The position numbers and the translations under genes were made by a program. The notes beneath the pieces were generated by a model. That model was not told the DNA's origin and ran no database searches. It saw nothing but the letters and a program-made list of their open reading frames with translations. This document shows positions 1 through 9,959 of a stretch of 64,000 nt of DNA, in pieces (the stretch's first letter is position 1; the number at the start of each line of letters is the position of its first letter). The DNA is from Lingula anatina (Eukaryota > Animalia > Brachiopoda), in contig CM120643.1 of NCBI GenBank assembly GCA_051362555.1, forward strand, positions 21,828,848 to 21,892,847, read 5' to 3'.

Positions 1-29
1 ATGACACCCAATCATGTATGAGAGTCCAG

Positions 30-177
30 GGCCCCGTAACTCGAAAGCATCGCGTATTTGCGAATAGCGATATCATATAGAGGCTACAGTGTATTATATG
101 GGGCGAGTATGGGCGAGTTATGGAATTGAGACGCTTGCGCTCTATCGCAATGCGCGATGCTTTCGAGTTACGGGGCC
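30..177. mobile_element. Palindromic MITE, PIF/Harbinger-like (CWG target)
   Basis: TIR GGCCCCGTAACTCGAAAGCATCGCG / CGCGATGCTTTCGAGTTACGGGGCC; CAG duplicated at 27-29 and 178-180. Confidence 0.85.
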
Positions 178-402
178 CAGGACTCGTTATTAAAGAAACC
201 TGAGGTAGCCAGCATTTTAGATAGTGAGTGGGGGTGGGAGGTGTCTTTTTCTGAAAAAGTGAACCTTTGGTTAATGGCATACAACCTAGGTCAAATGATG
301 ATTCAGAGCGGACCTTTCGCTGACTGACTGCAATTCTCCAACAGCACATAAAAGAAGAAATAATTCTGATATAAATTAATAACTTTACTTTTCTGTCCAA
401 AG

Positions 403-2316
403 CGTCCGAAGCAACTAGTAGCCAGAGTGTGCGATTTGCCTACTGCGCAGAGAGACGAAAGTGGTTTTGGACCCCGTACGACAAAAATCACATTTGGATG
501 GAAGTAAGAGAACTTGACAGGGCGTGAGCTGTTGTTTACATCCCTACGTGTGTATAATGCCTCGGTTGTGGAAACGAAACGCGTTTTTCACTTCTACTGC
601 CATGTTTATTTTAGGAAATTATTCTATAAGAGACCATTCCCACAGATATTTAGATCGATCCCCTTGGGGGGTCTCACTAGATTGCTGTCAGCTTGACCGG
701 CTTAAATGTCTGTCCCGCCTACTAAAAGCTGTAAGGGGTAATTAACTTTTGTGCGCGCCCGGCTCCCGGAAGCTGACAGCAATCTAGCGTGAAACCACAG
801 GGAGTTGGGTCGATCCAGATGGATAGATCTAAATCTGTGGGAACCAAGTCTAACAGTTAATGTTGAGATTTTGATGACACAGCTAGTAGTTTCGTAGAGA
901 GCATTCCCACAGACATCTGGATCGATCTATCTCCCTGGGGAGTTTCACTAAATTGCTGTCAACTTTACCGGCTTCAAAGTCTGTCTTGCCTAGTAAAGCT
1001 GCTAGGGCTAATTATCTTTACCCCTAGCTGTTTTGGATCGATCTATGTATGGGAACCCAGATTTGAATTCTTCAGAAACCAGCACTATAGTAATAGTTAC
1101 TGTAAGATAAACAGAATCTTAGGTAAATGTACATGCATGTGTCAAACGCTATTTCATTAAACATGTATTGATATATGTTTTTAGGTAAGCCACGAGAGTG
1201 TCCAAAGTGGTTCTCGTAAAGGAGAGATACCAGAGGAGAAGTACCTGAAGGTCATACGATTTCTACGAACAGAAAAGCCCATACTGGAGCGCCGTAATAC
1301 TGACTGCAACATATGTGCGTAATAAAATATTACCGTTAACAGTCGCTGTTGTTCATTTACTTCTGCTCTAGTGTTTCTTTTCCTTTATTCTTTCCCAAGT
1401 TTCTTACGTTTTTTTTTTTCTCATTTGTTGTATATTTGTTCAGTTTATTCTATTTTTTAATTATACACATCGTTAAAGCGGCCGTCGCTATCATAGTTGT
1501 TATTGTGTTTTAGAAATTTTATAGAATATAAAAATAAGTTATAGTCATTGTAAAAAATATACATATATCGAAGTAAAGAAAAAAAGATATTTTATATTTT
1601 ATTTTTTAATGATCAGGTGACCTGGTAAACGCTGGAAAGACGCGCAAACCAGATATGAACAACAGAGCATGTAAGTAGGAAAAATATGTTTTAATATGTT
1701 TCCTAAAAGAACTAGACATAAACGATATTACAACATAGCCGGTTTTTAATTTAAAATGGAGAGAGCTTTGTGAATTAAACGTTGATATTGACTAATTTGT
1801 TTTAATTTGTGTAATTTACACAAGCAAATTTTATTTCTATAATACAGGTGCCCAGCTGCCTACGATCCAAGAACCAGAGTCAGGGGCCTGTGCTGAGCCT
1901 GCAATCACTGCAGTTGGTGAACAAAGTGAAGGACAAATACCTGTATTAAAAAGCAATCGGTCAGTAGATACAAGTACTGAAGTACTGAGGATGATAATTT
2001 TGTATATTTGTATATTTGTCTTTTAAGAGACTTGATGCCTTTTCCCAATAAGAACCTGCTTAATGGATTTTGAAGATAGGCTTCACCTGGCCTGGGTCCC
2101 CTGCCCCTGCCCCTGCCCCTCCCCAGTAACCGATTATTTACCGACTAATCTATTTCTGTTCCTTTTGCCTCACGTAGCCTTTCCTTACCTACGTTGAATG
2201 ATGCAGAATTCAAGGGATCGTATGACTCAGGTATTGACACCATCCCTAAAAGCTTCCAACAAGAACGCATGGACCTGGTGCCCTGGCCTGCGAGCAATGA
2301 ATATATCATGCAATGA
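403..2316 (+). CDS. Tandem paralog A (5'-truncated by window edge) of uncharacterised TRADD-N-like / Trp-rich-module gene; exons 403-503, 1185-1314, 1617-1670, 1848-1959, 2178-2316
   Basis: GT-AG exons with consistent phases; the first four have the same lengths (101/130/54/112 nt) as in copies B and C. Translation: SEATSSQSVRFAYCAERRKWFWTPYDKNHIWME|VSHESVQSGSRKGEIPEEKYLKVIRFLRTEKPILERRNTDCNI|CDLVNAGKTRKPDMNNRA|CAQLPTIQEPE...|RLSLPTLNDAEFKGSYDSGIDTIPKSF...IMQ*. Confidence 0.8.
630..1060. repeat. Copies of a dispersed ~200-bp MITE-like family (also 8555-8765 reverse and 48933-49238)
   Basis: Shared GACCATTCCCA...GATCGATC...GGCTTA.ATGTCTGTC..GCCTA.T.AAGCTG..AGGGG.AATTA motif in both orientations. 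Confidence 0.7.
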
Positions 2317-2550
2317 TGTGTACTCTAACTGAGATACAGCAAGATAACCGTCTTGTAAGAGGCCAACGGAGTTTATAACGCTAAAAACGTTGAGATTCAA
2401 GTCCAGGCAGATTGGTTAGTTTCTAAGGCGAGATTGCTGTTTGATATCTCAAATGAGCGAGATTCATAACCAGCTATACAATTTTCAGACAACTTTTAAA
2501 AGTTAAAACTGTATAGTTTTAGTTAATTGGTGATACATATTATAAGAGTC

Positions 2551-2643
2551 CCTGGGGCGGATCCAGGATTATTTGAAGAGGAACCTTCGAATCGAAGGGG
2601 GGGGGATCAGGACCCCCATGACACCCCTCCAAATCAGCCACTG
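2551..2643. mobile_element. Short hAT-like MITE remnant (related fragment near 3960-4030)
   Basis: Imperfect TIR CTGGGGCGGATCCAGG / CCAAATCAGCCACTG. Confidence 0.5.
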
Positions 2644-3613
2644 AGTCTAGATATACAGATATATAAATATTACATAACGGCATATAATATGCTAGTGATT
2701 TAATACTGCACTGCATTTTGCCCAATCGTTCAAAATCAATTATGTTTTTTTTTTAATATGTTGATGGATACCTTTTATTTGAAATAGTTAAATTGGGCTT
2801 GATAAATGGCAAAAGAGTTTAATTTGCGGGGCCACCCACCCTATTTAGTGAATAAGAGCAACAGTTATAGAAAATATTAATTGGAATGAATTAGAAAACG
2901 TGGCAAATAAAGGAAAAAGGAAAATACATTATAAATTTAATGTGTCAAAAAAGATACATGTATATTTGTGCAATGACAATAAAGATGGTTAATAAATGTA
3001 CCATAAAATGAATTTGTGCACTGACATTCTTGTTTTATTTTAAACATACGTTACGGTAAAACAAACATCTGATACTGAGCCTAAAATAACATTTATATGG
3101 TGATTATTGTCGTAAATACCGGGTATAGAAGTCTTTACTTTAGCTTCGCTCATTTATCCATTGATGCTATAAATATTTTAAAACAATATTACAGGCCATC
3201 ACGAAACGACAGATATATAAATTACTACATGTACATTTAATTTATGATGAAGACAAAGAAAAAGAAGAAAACAACAACAAAAAACAACCAAACTATCCAT
3301 GAAGACAGCAAATGAATATTTTGATCAAATGCAAGTCCCTGAACCTCCCTGAACCTAGGTTAAGTGCCCAGAATGTCCCACATAAATGATCTAAAATGTA
3401 TATAAAAAGAGCACAGGTAGTTTTTTATATGCTGTGCATATTTGCAGAACCTAGTACGGTCATCGAGGAAAAAAATTTAAAAAATTAATGAATTTTTAAA
3501 AAGAGGAAACGAATAAAGATAACCACTGAAGATTTATATTTGAAGTTATACCAGCGCAAAAGCTGACCATTTATGAAAACATGAAATTAAAACAATAACC
3601 ATAATCAAACTCA

Positions 3614-3652
<39 letters not shown>

Positions 3653-4290
3653 ACGGATCCCTGTTTGAATGAAGTGGTACCGGTAAATGTTAAAAAAGGT
3701 CTCACTTCACTGCATAAGTTAAGACTAAAGTTTTATGGACGTTAGGTGCTGGCAATGCTTTTAAACCATCCGAGCTTCAAGACATTCTTGTTGACCCTGA
3801 ATTTGCTGTGTTATCTTTCTGCAGTGGTGGTAACTGGGTTGTTTATTATTGTTAGTCGTTAAAAACCATTAAAAGAAATATATAAATAACACATATTTTA
3901 TGGTTCTTCTTATGTTTGTTTACTTCCTTACTTTTATTAATTTCCATCTCTTTTGTACAGGAGGGGTGGATTCAGGATTATTTGAATGGGGGTCCCTCTG
4001 CGTGGGTTTCGGGGCCCTGTTCAGGTATCTAAAAGAAGGGTACATGTGTATCTAAAATTATTCACCTACTGCATACTAACATTTACTTAAGTCGGACATC
4101 TTAAGCCAGAAAACGTTTTTCCTGGCTCCTGCTATCTCTTGGATATTTTAGAAAAGAGAAAAAATCAAACTGATTAGAGAAATAATATAATTTTTGTAAT
4201 GTTTTTCAACTTTACCTTTCTTTTCGTTTTCGTGTCCTTATGAGCCCATGAACCGTCCCCGTGAGTGAGTTATTCGCAATAGAGCTCGGG

Positions 4291-4900
4291 GAATAATAAT
4301 AATAATAATAATAATATGTATTTATTTGCAACTTAAAAAGTTGGATTTTACAATAAAAACAAATAGTGGTGAGATGCACAATCTTAAAATATACTGTAAG
4401 TGTGACGAAGCTATTGGCTTGTCTTCTTCATGTTACGCGAGGTAGCAAATACAACTCAGATATTATCTTTCAGTTATTATCTTTCTGTAGCGGCCTTCTC
4501 CCTGTTTACACTAAGCGTAGTTGTATAAATACCATAAGAGCATGTCAATCAACTTAAGTTACTCTACTAAACACTCCCCGCTCTTATTCGCTGCATGCTG
4601 TCACTTACTAACGTTACATAAGTGTTAGAATGATTCCATACACATTAAAAGTTCATAAAAGCCTCAGTTCTTAAAATTTGATAAAGCCCATGGGATAAAA
4701 GTTTTAGATGATCGTACAGTCCTCAGTTTTGGCACAGTGTACTTATAAACCCGGCGCAAAGTGTGGGAACTTTCATTTATCTCTGGTAGCAAATGATGGA
4801 TTTTGTGTCCTTCGGAGTACATGTTATGCAATAATGTTTTAGATAGTTCATCTCTTCTACAAGCAAGAGTGATAATTTTACGTGTCAAGTGCCCCATCAT
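4291..4900 (-). mobile_element. 5'-truncated CR1/L2-group LINE 3' end
   Basis: ORF 4664-4900 (HKIHHLLP...HTLR...PKLRTVRSSKTFIPWAL) resembles the C-terminus of L2/CR1-type ORF2. Minus-strand AATAAA at ~4321-4326 is followed by an (ATT)n tail at 4291-4315. Confidence 0.75.
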
Positions 4901-6081
4901 AGGGCAGCTCTGGGAATATAATATTACATGCTCTTATCTGGATGGATTCAATTTTATCAACTTGTTGTTGAATGAGACCTGGGTGCCACACCTGAATGAA
5001 ATAAGAGGTTGAAGTCAGCACCTAAGCCTCTCTCCACAGAAGTAAAAATGTATTTAGAATTTAGCTAGTCTTAGTACATGGAAAAAAGCGGAGACGCGTC
5101 CAGTACTGTTTTAAATAAAATCGTTTTTGGACTATAACCACAGTAAGTAGATGGCTTGCTTGCAACTGAACTACGGGGCTTTATTCTCTTTACCAGAGGT
5201 CCCTTCTAGCTGCTACAAATTTGGGCGTTCATTTTTGTAACAGTTAGAGGGGCCTTGGTTAGAGAGTAACTGGGTCAACGGGGGAAGCATTTATCTATTT
5301 TATCGTTATGTATATATAATACTTGTGGTGTGTGCAATGAAATTGCGCACATTTCCTGTACATACATAGTAAGTCTTTTGACGGTTTAAACTTTTACTTA
5401 AAACGGCGATGAACACGACCTGGCGCGCATATCTACAAATACCTTAACTGGCTACATGACTTCCTATCATCAAATTAGCGCGTACAATATTGCGTACAGC
5501 CTCAAATCTTGGTAAGAATAACATGCAATATTTTACCGGCAATTACTCCGTGTTGAGACTTCTAGTAAATGATCCGTCAGTACTCATCCAAAAACGCCAC
5601 ATTACGAAGTCGATTCTAATTAATGAAAAAATATAATCCAGTTTCTCTGTCACTTCTCGTAGCTACATGTACCACTCCAGAGTGTTGAATGTGCAATACT
5701 AAAAAAATGGCGTGTTATGATTTCCCGCATCATTTCCGGTCCTCGGTGTCAATGTTTTGAGCAAACAGAACTTTATCTCCGTGAAAAGATTCGCAGGTAA
5801 TAACGCCAGACACCAATGTGGTTTTATCAGTGTTCAATGATCGCAGGGCGGGTAAAATTGAAAAGGCGACAAAAACGTCACGAATGAGGTGTTTGCTTAC
5901 TAGTGAGATAAGCGGTTCACTTAAGGCAAAACCGAGGAATAGGATACTGGTAGTAAGTCCTCCCCCCTCCCCATTGCACCACCCCATTAACATTCCAGTA
6001 AAAGCTCATAAAACTATAAAAAAATAATGTATTTCCCAATATAAAAAGTTAAGTGAAGAAACATACATGTACCTCTCTATT

Positions 6082-6084
<3 letters not shown>

Positions 6085-6145
<61 letters not shown>

Positions 6146-6370
6146 ACAAAGAAAAAAAAAGAGAGAGAAGCACGCGCACACACAGAAACACGGGCACACA
6201 TATATATATGCATTCCTTCTTCCCTTATACACACCAACACGCTCTAACGTACACTCACACTCACTCTCTCTCTCTCTCGTGCGCGCGCACACACACACTC
6301 GCACACACACACGCACACACACACAGGGTGGTACAAATAAACACACACACCAAAACACACACACACACAA
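6085..6370. repeat. Compound (CT)n/(CA)n microsatellite
   Basis: Direct inspection; it generates several spurious ORFs. Confidence 0.95.
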
Positions 6371-6596
6371 ACACGTAGTCCAGGTAACGTATAGGTTTCT
6401 ACACTCTCAATTTGGACCCGTAGATAATATGATGTTTTCAACTGCCACTCATGTCCACACGTTCATATCGACTATATTCGAAATACATGTAGGTTCATGT
6501 AGCTGCTACTAAATATGCACATGTATTTATTCTGTAGTCGTTCATATATCTCTTAACTTCTTTGCTTCTATTATTTTCCATCCATATTGTACATGC

Positions 6597-7499
6597 ACAC
6601 CCCCCCGGACAATTCCCCCCCGGACTATTCCCCCCGGACAATTCCCCCCAGGACACCCCCCCCCAGGATAATTCCCCCCTCCCGGACGATTCCCCCCCGA
6701 AAGAATATATATTTATCTATAAAATATAAAGTAAAGAGTACAAAGTTCAAATCTTTTCATCCATTTTATGAATATTTCTCAGTTTGATGATGCAACTCGA
6801 GGACAGATAATATTCATTAAATTAAACAAATTATTTTCAAGTAGTACAAGTACAGAAAATTTTAGAGATAGAAGTACAGAACATTTTGTTAAAAATCTGA
6901 TCAAAGTACATCTCTAGTTAAGGTGGGGTAAACAGATGATCTCACTCATCCAGGTGACCCTTTGATAAATTAACTGTCACTTTTTTAAAAGTTAAATTAA
7001 AATTGCTTAATTACTATCCCCCCCTTGATTAAGTCTTGAATCATGGTGCATCTCTAGGGAGAGGTGGGGTAAACAGACTCTCTCACTTATCCAGGTATCC
7101 CTTTGATTATTTGTCACTTTTAATTGCTTGACCACTACCCACCTACTCACTACCCACCACAATAAAATATTCATAAAATATTTGTTTACCTGTTTATCTG
7201 TTTACCCAAACTTTACCTGAAGGATAGGTGGTTATACTTTGATTAGATGTTTAATAAAACTTTCTGTACAAGTACTAAATGAAAAAGGACTTTGTTATAA
7301 AATAATTTGTTTCATGATGAAGTTGCATTGTCTTACTAAAATATTAATAAAATGGATGAAATGTTTTAAACTTTACACTTTTTACATTATATTTGTGTAT
7401 AAATAGATATTTCTTGGGGGGAATCGTCCGGGGGGGAATTGTCCGGGGGGAATAGTCCGGGGGGGGATTGTCCGGGGGGGGGGGGATTGTCCTAGAATC
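6597..7499. mobile_element. Foldback-type non-autonomous element with GGACAATTCCCCCC subterminal repeats
   Basis: C-rich repeats at 6600-6700 are mirrored by G-rich repeats at 7415-7499; inner arms 6701-6776 and 7338-7415 are also inverted. The paralogous empty site CCATATTGTACACATTCACAATG is at ~8899-8921. Confidence 0.85.
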
Positions 7500-9959
7500 A
7501 TTCACAATGTTTGTGGTGAATAAGATAACGTTATATTGAACCTCATAGTCCTAGAGAAGATGATTTCATCTGCAGGGTTAACCTTTATCCTGACCACAGA
7601 CACATGAGAGGAAAACACGTGTCCATTTGGCAAGTAAATCACATAACGTATTAATGCTAACAATTCCAGTCAATGGTCAAAAAGGTACTTGATATTTTAT
7701 GTTAAAAACTGTTATAGTCAATCAATCATGGTGAAGAGTGTTTTCTCATTAAAAGCCCACTTTTTTCACTATCGAAATTTGAAAAAAAGACCTTCATTTA
7801 TAGTGTAAACATTGTAAATAAATCTAGCAAACATTTTACGTATATTGAGTGCAGGAAAACTTTAGATAAATAACTGTTTTATAAGCTACATATATGTATA
7901 TCACTTGAGCCTTAATCCCGTGCATTAGATATAAACTTTTAAAAGAGTGCACTAAATCAGGCAATTCCGGTAGAAATGATTAAAGATAAGTTGAATTAAG
8001 CAGTAAATAAGTTTTAAGGCTACTAGTAGTAAAACGACCAAAGGCATAGAAAAATTACCCTTGGCTTATAAGTTTTTATAAAAAAATTAAAACTTACTTC
8101 CCAAAAGGCCAGAGATTAAATGCTCAATGATCGCGGGGCGGGTAAAATTGAAAAGTCGACAAAAACGTCACGAATGAGGTGTTTGCTTACTAGTGAGATA
8201 AGCGGTTCATTTAAGGCAAAACCAAGAAAGAGGATTTTGGCAGCACGTCCTTTACCCCATAGCCCCACCCCATCAACATTCCAGTAAAAGATCTTAAAAC
8301 TGTATATTGTCCACATAAAACAATGTGTTGACCAAAATAAAAGTTTTAGTGAAGAAATAGACATGTATATATCAGTCTCTCTCTCTCTTTCTCTCTTTTG
8401 TTCTTGCACATGCGAGCGCATGCATACCCACGCACGCACACGCCCATACTCATACACACGTGTTCCAGGTAACCTGTAGGTTTATGCATTCTCAATTTCA
8501 CAAGGTGCTTTTAATGCGACGTAGATAAGCATGATGTTTTCAACTGCAACCCATCCCTAGATCGATCTAACAAGCCGCTTCGAAGTCTGGGGCGCTTCGA
8601 CGTCTGGGGCGCCCACTTAAGTTGCTAAACGATAGTTAATTCCCCCTTTCAGCCTCAGCAGGCGAGACAGACATCTAAGCCGCCCAAGTTAATTGCAATT
8701 AAGCAAGAACCCCCTCGGAGATAGTTCGATCCAAAGTTGGTACGATAGGGTCTGGGAATGGTCTCATAAGCACACCTGTTCACGTGAACACCTATTCAAA
8801 GGAGGTAGAAAAAATTATTTAGTTATAAATTAACAATTTGCCGACATTATATAGTCGTTGTTATATCTGTTAACTTCTTTGCTTTTATTAGTTTCCGTCC
8901 ATATTGTACACATTCACAATGAATGTGGTGCATAAGGTTATGAAACCTCATAGGTCTAAGAGCCATAGACACAAGAGATGCAATTCCGTGTACGTTTGGC
9001 AAGTAAATCACGTTTCAATGCCAACAATTGCAGTCAACGGTCAAAAAAGTATACTATTTTAAAAATTGTTATAGCCAATAAATTAAGGGGAAGAGGATTT
9101 TCTTATCAAAATCCCCCTTTTCTCACTATTGAAATTTGAAAAATTTTATCAGTCAATTCCTGTAGAAAATATTAAAGAGGACCTTGCAATTGGCAATTGA
9201 AGAAAGCTTTAAAGTTTAATAAATAACCTTAAAGTTGTATTATCTTATACTGAATTATCAATTGTAAATACTTAAAATGCATTCGTCCTATAAGAGGTAA
9301 ATCATAATCTAATAGTACCCGTTAGAGACATTGCCATCTATTAGATCATCACATTGTACAAGCACTTCTAAAACTAACAAGGAGGTAGGTAAGTTATATA
9401 TGATATGGCCTAATAAACCAAATAATAATAATAAAGAGTCCAGAAATGAGTTAATGATCTAACTTGTCAGTTTTTAATTGGTCATAATATAAGTATATAA
9501 ATGGTAACAGCGGCATTATTTTATCAGTGTCTCGTGGAAGCTGGAAGGGTCAACACGGGTAAATCTGCAGTATTGATATTCTAAGCATTTCTTTTGATTT
9601 AATTGATATAGGAATGTAAAATTGTGTTAGAAATCACAATACAATAGATAATGACGTGCTTTATATCACATGGTGTTCATCATCGAAAAAGTCGAGGCGA
9701 CAGTAAACATGTTTTGTAATGTTTGCACTTGGTAAATTTGGTGAAAATGTACATGTCTGAAAAATAATACAACCTTAATATGTGGAACCTTAATATGTGG
9801 AGAGTCAACATAATACAAATTCGACTTATTAGTTTGGAATGTTGGATGGAGAATAATTTCATTGAATCATAACCATTTACCTTCAAAGGCGCATGGACTG
9901 CACGAAGCTGAAACCCCAAGTTTCCACAAGGGAGGACAATAGGAGCAGACCAAGCGAAG

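Larger units (their letters stand above)
5833..9150 (+). repeat. Local tandem duplication upstream of paralog B (5833-~7800 vs 8124-~9150)
   Basis: Near-identical TCAATGATCGC.GGGCGGGTAAAATTGAAAAG.CGACAAAAACGTCACGAATGAGGTG... blocks, with colinear downstream similarity. Confidence 0.85.

Noticed and set aside
1-210. Possible MITE-interrupted upstream exon of paralog A ending CCTGAG|GTAGCC
   Set aside because: No similarity to exon 2 of B/C, and the open frame ends in phase 0 while exon 3 needs phase 1; cannot be resolved at the window edge.
6049-6787. Cluster of ORFs (RERERE, HTHTHT, IPPRT repeats)
   Set aside because: Translations of microsatellites and TE subterminal repeats.
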